A DNA stretch of 64,000 nt, taken from a virus. Positions 59,001 to 64,000 of this stretch are shown here, piece by piece (position 1 is the first letter of the stretch; every line of letters starts with the position of its first letter). The notes below the pieces were generated by a model. It was not told where the DNA came from and made no database searches. It saw only the letters and a program-made list of their open reading frames with translations. A program made the translations under genes and the position numbers. The stretch lies in the IMG/VR virus record IMGVR_UViG_3300028364_000026, positions 1 to 64,000 of that record, one strand, 5' to 3'.

Positions 59001-61363
59001 AAATACTCTAATAAACCACCTAAATATTTAGATGAAATTTTATAGTGTAAATTATCGTGTGATGAATAATTAAACCCAGCATTAGATATGTATGTGCCAA
59101 CATTATCACCACATGTTATCGTAATATCACAACCATAAATATTTTTTGGTTCATAACTAGACCCTTCTGATAAATATAAACCAATTAGATAAGCTAAATC
59201 AGTATTTATTTTATCATAAATTATTTTTGGTTTATCTTCTGTATTTGAAAACTCATAGGTAAAATCAATGGTATCGTTATTACCAAAAATATTAAACGAA
59301 TGTTGTACATTAACATAATCACCGATTTCTAATTCACTAACCGTAAACCAATCATATTTGTTTTTTTTATTTGAATAAGACCACAATTTATGTGTTTCAG
59401 TTGACTCAAGTTCTGAATTATTAGTTGTTAATTTTATAGTTTCTTGAAAACCATTATTAACAATTAAATTTGATTTCCTAGATACATTATTTCCTCTAAT
59501 ATTATATTCTTTAACATAATAACCTAAATTAGGTATATCTGGTTCATCATAATTAATAATGTCTTTCATTTGTTGTAAACCATTGTCAGTAAAAATAAAA
59601 GTATCTTCAGTAACACAGGATATAAGTGTCGCTCTACCCCCAGTATTATGACTTATAATACCGTTTGAAATAAATGAATTTGTTTCTGGTACATGTAAAT
59701 CATAAGTATAATCTTCTGACTCAGTTATAGAAATAATTTCATCGATATAAAACATTTTTTCATTACTTACATTAACAAATCTTGCGTTTTTTTTCTTATT
59801 TAATAAAAATTCTTTATTATTTTGTTTTCTATCTAATCTGAAACCAATTTCGTCATAAAATTTAATTGCATTATTTGAATAAATTTTTAAGTTGTAAATT
59901 TTACAAATATTTTTTTTATTTTTTATTATTGATGATTTAGAAGTTTTTTCTTTTTCATATTTAATATGTGATATAATACCAAAATTAAATAATAAAGTTT
60001 GTAGTGTTTGAATTAATTTTTTGGATGTGCTTGAATATTTAATATCCTTTACAGTACTCACCCCATCACCATCGAATATACCTTGTAAAAACACTTTAAT
60101 GACATCTTTAGGCATCTTTAATAAAGCTAAAGGTATTTCCTTATCCCTAGCATTATTTTTCGCCAACCCAAACATTTTAAACCATTCTATTAACTCAGTT
60201 GAGTTAAATTGATAATGACGGTCATCAACTTTTTTAAATGCGTTACCTAAACAAGCTTTATCTGTTAATAGAAAATTTGTTATGTAATCGTCAATATTTG
60301 TGATGGTAATACCACTTGAATTAAAATTACCCTGAGCTAAGAATAATCCTAATAAATAAGAAAAATCTAAATTATCACCAAGGTTTTTAGGTATTGTGAT
60401 GTTTTCACCATTTTTGTGTTTATCGAAAACAAAATTTACTTCGCTATTATTACTAAAATAATTTTGACCATATTGAATTATTGGTTTGTCACCAATTTTT
60501 AATTCGTTCATCCGTACCCAATTCTCAACTCCATGGTTATCAATTAAAATAGGATGTTTCCAACTGCCCTCTAATTCAACACCTAATTTAGTTTTAATTT
60601 TAAATGTTTGACCATATTCACTAACAAAAGTTTGAGTTGCGTTAACAATATCACCATCTTTATTACAAACTTTATGTGGTAACTCCAAATCGGTAAAACC
60701 TATTTTATCTTTTTCAGAAACTAATTCATCAAGTTGAATTAAACCATTTTCAGTTAAAATTAACGAATCTTTTGTTAAACAACCTAGTGCAGTAAGTGCA
60801 GCACCAAAAACTTCCGCTCCGTTATCAATATAAGCGGCCTCATCCATAATAAGGGTTGTTGGGGTAAAACCACGAAGTGCATCCTTAGAAGTTGCTACGG
60901 CCTTTACTCTACTATTATTTGGTAATCTAATTTCTTTTTTGGCGTTAACAATAAAAATTGTTTTAGCTTCATTCTCTGGAGAACCATAATATTCGTCTCC
61001 CCAAACCCATCTTGGTAATTGAGATAGAAAATCTTTAATTTTTGCCAAGAATTCAAAAGCTAAATCTTGTTTATTCGCAATAATAAGAATATTCTCAGGG
61101 TTATTACCGTCAGCTAAGGCTACGATAATAGCCATATATGCAGCGGTGGTTGTAGATACACCAGCTTGTCTAGGTTTTGTTACTATATTAAATCTATGGT
61201 TTTGATAAGCGGTTATGATTTCTTTTTGTCTAGGAAATAGAACAAATGGTACAAAACCTTCTTGTGTTTTATCAAAAGTAGTTAAATATGTTTCAATAGC
61301 ATATGTTGGGTCTTGCAAACACATAGCATATTCATATAAAATTTCCGTTGTTGTCAGATTCAT
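56009..61363 (-). CDS. terL: terminase large subunit, T4 gp17-like, with three inteins (about 587 aa spliced)
   Basis: KPRQAGVST, IMDEAAY, LIS|TPNG, LG|CDVSRG, HDDLIMA; start placed at MNLTT (61363) behind ATATTTAT at 61376-61383. Confidence 0.95.
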   Translation of the reverse strand: MNLTTTEILYEYAMCLQDPTYAIETYLTTFDKTQEGFVPFVLFPRQKEIITAYQNHRFNIVTKPRQAGVSTTTAAYMAIIVALADGNNPENILIIANKQDLAFEFLAKIKDFLSQLPRWVWGDEYYGSPENEAKTIFIVNAKKEIRLPNNSRVKAVATSKDALRGFTPTTLIMDEAAYIDNGAEVFGAALTALGCLTKDSLILTENGLIQLDELVSEKDKIGFTDLELPHKVCNKDGDIVNATQTFVSEYGQTFKIKTKLGVELEGSWKHPILIDNHGVENWVRMNELKIGDKPIIQYGQNYFSNNSEVNFVFDKHKNGENITIPKNLGDNLDFSYLLGLFLAQGNFNSSGITITNIDDYITNFLLTDKACLGNAFKKVDDRHYQFNSTELIEWFKMFGLAKNNARDKEIPLALLKMPKDVIKVFLQGIFDGDGVSTVKDIKYSSTSKKLIQTLQTLLFNFGIISHIKYEKEKTSKSSIIKNKKNICKIYNLKIYSNNAIKFYDEIGFRLDRKQNNKEFLLNKKKNARFVNVSNEKMFYIDEIISITESEDYTYDLHVPETNSFISNGIISHNTGGRATLISCVTEDTFIFTDNGLQQMKDIINYDEPDIPNLGYYVKEYNIRGNNVSRKSNLIVNNGFQETIKLTTNNSELESTETHKLWSYSNKKNKYDWFTVSELEIGDYVNVQHSFNIFGNNDTIDFTYEFSNTEDKPKIIYDKINTDLAYLIGLYLSEGSSYEPKNIYGCDITITCGDNVGTYISNAGFNYSSHDNLHYKISSKYLGGLLEYLGFNLTLKAPNKLIPKRLLEMGRENIIAMLQGIMDGDGYSDNIRGTIGINLSSKKLIQQIRFLFLNLGILTDYSEGITLPTKKVKVSSQYYKISSTSIDADKYYDTIGFRFNRKQIKRGQNKLVSYNNRIIPNGKNIIRNIINEHKLVRKLPNTGLLVNKIRIYNKNKTANLSVNIFNEFIDYFINVLNLDLSRYSIDKINFKDSKWVPITKLEKLKNKTYDVSLPETNDFWCHSVIYNGILGHQTPNGMDSLYYKTYDQAKYKKNNFNIVEMKWHEDLRYNKDLRWLKDDIVESEYEFTFESYKLRLDDGWKATSTWYEGMCMGMNNDAKMIAQELDVSFIGSGGNVIAEEFILFQEKNNVKEPIATFGANKEIWVWAEPIEGHQYILGCLTPYEKVLTDKGLVNIKDVDINDKLVSEDGNYVNIINRQIYPVIDEDIFEIQMDSTFRTTTFTKEHPILISKSNLDLDFNYTRVEEVEVGDWVKVPNTYKKSINSTYEDKWVVTNDVPCNIDSPLLDNDFWWFIGMWLGNGSLTKDSHSISLNFDKTQKGYVEKYKNIITRLFNCSPLFSHNNKTIEFNYKFLYYFILENFGQNSNDNKISEWVKFISDENKKELIRGYFDSNGCLSKTKQYLKLSFVGVNLELLESVQDIIFSLGVVSSLGKLGGTESYDLTLASHDSLDLIKLIYKTDDTELNELNFNDFNSNNKQTINSCHFDDNKDYIYFKVNNINKSKFTGDVYNFECETNTFMCHHITTHNCDVSRGDGADESTVVIIDITVMEEVMEYQGKIQPDLLAQIVEEYGSKYKAYTVVDVTGGMGVSTVLKLLEFEYKLLHYDNSNGKILSARQRELVSGSSDNKIPGFHATSVRLPMISNLEYSIRTNTIKIRSARMITELNTFIYKNGRPDHQEGAHDDLIMAIAMALWVAEHSFKSLERLEKQNKAMLSSWLNGGSNKPIVNERVDSRPIDSKIYSKPKETFKNPRDPNGQYGWLFGRRK
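56729..57832 (-). mobile_element. TerL intein 3 (368 aa) in the nuclease domain
   Basis: starts CLTPYE, FTKEHP, ends ITTHN before Cys+1; GMWLGNG and RGYFDSNG. Confidence 0.92.
58268..59617 (-). mobile_element. TerL intein 2 (450 aa), Gln-terminated, LAGLIDADG motifs intact
   Basis: starts CVTEDT, ends NGILGHQ before Thr+1; IGLYLSEG and QGIMDGDG. Confidence 0.9.
59645..60781 (-). mobile_element. TerL intein 1 (379 aa)
   Basis: starts CLTKDS, GSWKHP, ends NGIISHN before Thr+1; LGLFLAQG and QGIFDGDG. Confidence 0.92.
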
Positions 61364-61437
61364 ATTCTTTTTAATATAAATATGTGACAACAACGGAAAC
61401 TCTATTATTGGTTATTTTAGACTAAACTAAAAAAAAA

Positions 61438-62727
61438 TTAGATTAATTCATCTAAATCAAACCCCTCATTTTCATTAGACTCACCCATTAAATCCTCAAA
61501 ATTAAATGTACCTGATGACATATCTTCAGTTTCATTCGTTTCTTCATCATTTGAATAAATTTCAGTCATAGCATCATTAAATTCGTCTTCATCTAAATCT
61601 TTTCTTATCTCTAAAACTAAATCAGAAATAATTTGTTTACCTTCAGTGGTATTAGCCATTATTTCTCTCATCTTAGTATTAAATTCATCCACTGGTAAAG
61701 CAGCTATTTCAGAATAAATGTGGTGTTTCAAACTAAAGTCTTTTGAGTCAATAGTATTGGTGAATCTATCCCATAATGCTGGTCCAATTCTCATATCCCA
61801 AGGCTCTGCTTCCAAAAAATCGGCCTTATTAATTACAAATTCACCTATTTTTTTATCTTTAGGTAATCCGTGTCCAGAAAGTAATTCCATAACACCTTTT
61901 ACTAATTCATGTATAAGAACTGGAAAAACAAGAGCTTGTACATAAATTACAGCCTTTGGGTTATCTTTAGATGGGAACTGTACCTTAACAACACCGCCAG
62001 CAACCCCGTTTTCCATTTTAGGTATGATATAATACATGTAATCAGCGGCAGCCATTAACTTAGCGTACTTACTAGGTAAACGCCCTTCCATTTCACTCAG
62101 TTCGTCATCAACTAAATGAAACATATGTGAGGATTTTTTTGACGCTCCTTGAATCATAGCATTTAAAAAACGTCTTTTATACACTTCTTTATTTGCGTTA
62201 ACCATTTCCCCATGGTTATCAAACTCTAAGTCTGTTGTTAATGGTTTTGGTGATTTCTTAGTACCGATAAGACTTATTTTATTAACTAATTCTGCGTTTA
62301 TTTCAACAACATCTTCTGACATATCATACTCTTCACGTATCATAGAAATAGCTAATTTTTCTAGCTCTTTTTTGTGAGAAGATTCCATTTTAATTGTGTC
62401 ATTTAAAATAGGCATCATTTCTGAAATAACTTGCTGATTATCTATTTTTTCTAAATCAAAAGCTCTCTTGTATCTAGTTGCTACTTCTTTAAACCTTTTA
62501 CCCATTATTTTTTGTTCAAAAGAATCTTCATCACCTTCTGGGAAAATTGTGTGCTTACCTAACGAATGTCTTTGTTCAGCTAATTCAGTTTCTAAATCTG
62601 GATGCATCCTTTCATTCATTCCATCTGGGTAAACAACAGCTTCATTCAACCTAGATTTAGATTGGACCGTTTTTTTTAGTTTTGCTTTTCTTAAAACTTC
62701 TTCCGCTATTTTTTTATAATCAGCCAT
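61438..62727 (-). CDS. hypothetical protein (probable head protein)
   Basis: 429-aa ORF with RLNE near the N-terminus and an acidic tail. Confidence 0.7.
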   Translation of the reverse strand: MADYKKIAEEVLRKAKLKKTVQSKSRLNEAVVYPDGMNERMHPDLETELAEQRHSLGKHTIFPEGDEDSFEQKIMGKRFKEVATRYKRAFDLEKIDNQQVISEMMPILNDTIKMESSHKKELEKLAISMIREEYDMSEDVVEINAELVNKISLIGTKKSPKPLTTDLEFDNHGEMVNANKEVYKRRFLNAMIQGASKKSSHMFHLVDDELSEMEGRLPSKYAKLMAAADYMYYIIPKMENGVAGGVVKVQFPSKDNPKAVIYVQALVFPVLIHELVKGVMELLSGHGLPKDKKIGEFVINKADFLEAEPWDMRIGPALWDRFTNTIDSKDFSLKHHIYSEIAALPVDEFNTKMREIMANTTEGKQIISDLVLEIRKDLDEDEFNDAMTEIYSNDEETNETEDMSSGTFNFEDLMGESNENEGFDLDELI

Positions 62728-62731
62728 TATT

Positions 62732-63676
62732 TTATTTCTTTTGTTTTAATTTTTTTTTATCGTTAATGGATTTTAGTAATTCATTTTTAGTTATAACTAA
62801 ATTTTCATTAGTTGCCTCTAGTTTAGCAATATCTTTTAACCCATTAATTAATGTTAATAAACCATTTCTAGGTACACCAATCATTTCAGCAAATGCTGAA
62901 ATCACTTCTCTTTTAGCTACGGGTGTTCTAATTGTATCAATAATGTTACTAGGTACCCTTTTAAGTATCATATCCATTAATTTCTTAGCTTTTACATGCA
63001 TTTTTTCATCAGACTCTTCATCAGACTCTTCACCATTGGGTGTCAGCTCGTTTAAAACATCTGTTTTTCTTTTAGAAGCACCAAATAGTTTTTCATTCAT
63101 GTATTTTTTAAACTTAGGTGTGTTCATGTAAGATTCATTATCTCCTTTATTAGAAGATAAAATTTCTTCAACAGTTCTAAACTTTCTAATCTCATTTGTT
63201 TCTTTATCAACTAAATAATGTTTAAACCCTTCATAGGTGTCAGGACCGTTATTTACATTTGATGTATCCATATTTTCCTTTGCTAACATTGGTTTAGCAA
63301 CATTCATTTCAAATTCTTCAATTGAATGGATAATGTTTTCACCAGTTTCATTTAAATCATCGTAACAATAAACACCCATAACCAATTTATTTTCAGAGTT
63401 TTTACCTCTAACCATTTGGTATTTTTTATCAGAAATAGTAAACGGTTGTGACACCTCACCACTCTGGGTATCTCTAACATTTGAAAGATATCTAATCCCT
63501 TGGTTTGGTTTATCAATAATCATATTTCCAGAAACGTCTTCGTCTACAACATTTACACTAACATTGGTACCTAATTTTTCGACATTTGAAGCAACTATTG
63601 GGTCACCCAAATTCTTTTTTGTTATGTTTACCGTTGTTTTTCCTTTATCATCGTTTTCTTTTATCTTATTTTCCAT
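62732..63676 (-). CDS. hypothetical protein
   Basis: 314-aa ORF in operon. Confidence 0.7.
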   Translation of the reverse strand: MENKIKENDDKGKTTVNITKKNLGDPIVASNVEKLGTNVSVNVVDEDVSGNMIIDKPNQGIRYLSNVRDTQSGEVSQPFTISDKKYQMVRGKNSENKLVMGVYCYDDLNETGENIIHSIEEFEMNVAKPMLAKENMDTSNVNNGPDTYEGFKHYLVDKETNEIRKFRTVEEILSSNKGDNESYMNTPKFKKYMNEKLFGASKRKTDVLNELTPNGEESDEESDEKMHVKAKKLMDMILKRVPSNIIDTIRTPVAKREVISAFAEMIGVPRNGLLTLINGLKDIAKLEATNENLVITKNELLKSINDKKKLKQKK

Positions 63677-64000
63677 TTTTTAATATATAATTTAGTATTA
63701 GGTCTCTTTCATATAACTTAGTTTCAACATCTTCCATGGTCTCACCATATTTAAAAATTAATCTGGATTCTGGGTACGTTTCTAAATCATCTAAGTTTTC
63801 CCACGCTAAAGCCACAACACCATCAATTGCATCCCAAACAGCAAAGATAGTGCTGTTTTGAATAACATCTAAAAGTAACTCAGTTTCAATTCGCCCAACA
63901 CTATTTATAAAAACATCATTGGGTGGGTCTGGTTGCCCAGAAGCTGGTACAGCATCCCATTGTCCTCCATCAACATCTTTAAGTGTGTCAGAGAAGATAA
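63666..64000 (-). CDS. hypothetical protein, 3' part only
   Basis: open frame ..IFSDTLKDVDGGQWDAVPASG..YILKNGK-stop entering from the window end. Confidence 0.65.
   Translation of the reverse strand, partial: IFSDTLKDVDGGQWDAVPASGQPDPPNDVFINSVGRIETELLLDVIQNSTIFAVWDAIDGVVALAWENLDDLETYPESRLIFKYGETMEDVETKLYERDLILNYILKNGK

Noticed and set aside
1-64000. tRNA, rRNA or group I/II intron
   Set aside because: No cloverleaf or intron-sized non-coding interruption seen; intergenic gaps are short and AT-rich, and all large insertions are in-frame inteins

Overview
This AT-rich window is part of a large T4-like (jumbo-type) myophage genome. The host is most likely in the Bacteroidota: there are TAnnTTTG promoters and A-rich start contexts without obvious Shine-Dalgarno sites. 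It holds the head module (terminase large subunit, portal, prohead protease, scaffold, major capsid), neck, tail-completion, baseplate and fibre genes, a family B DNA polymerase, a SNF2-type helicase, glutaredoxin, dUTPase, PhoH, three glycosyltransferases and a gp55-like sigma factor. Ten inteins sit in six genes. The most unusual locus is 26.6-31.4 kb: five paralogues with a near-invariant ~60-aa N-terminus followed by 4-10 shuffled 22/26-aa DUF4116-like repeats with hypervariable positions, surrounding a putatively virion-targeted partner gene whose C-terminus resembles their constant N-terminus. Other notable signals: a 7-nt AGC-TGA-T-AGC interruption in a glycosyltransferase gene (candidate ribosomal hop), D/E-to-N/Q changes in 6 of 7 intein endonucleases, a sense-strand ATATTTAT promoter motif, and a gene with a structured leader flanked by a 12-bp inverted repeat. 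All calls come from motif recognition by eye; no database searches were run.
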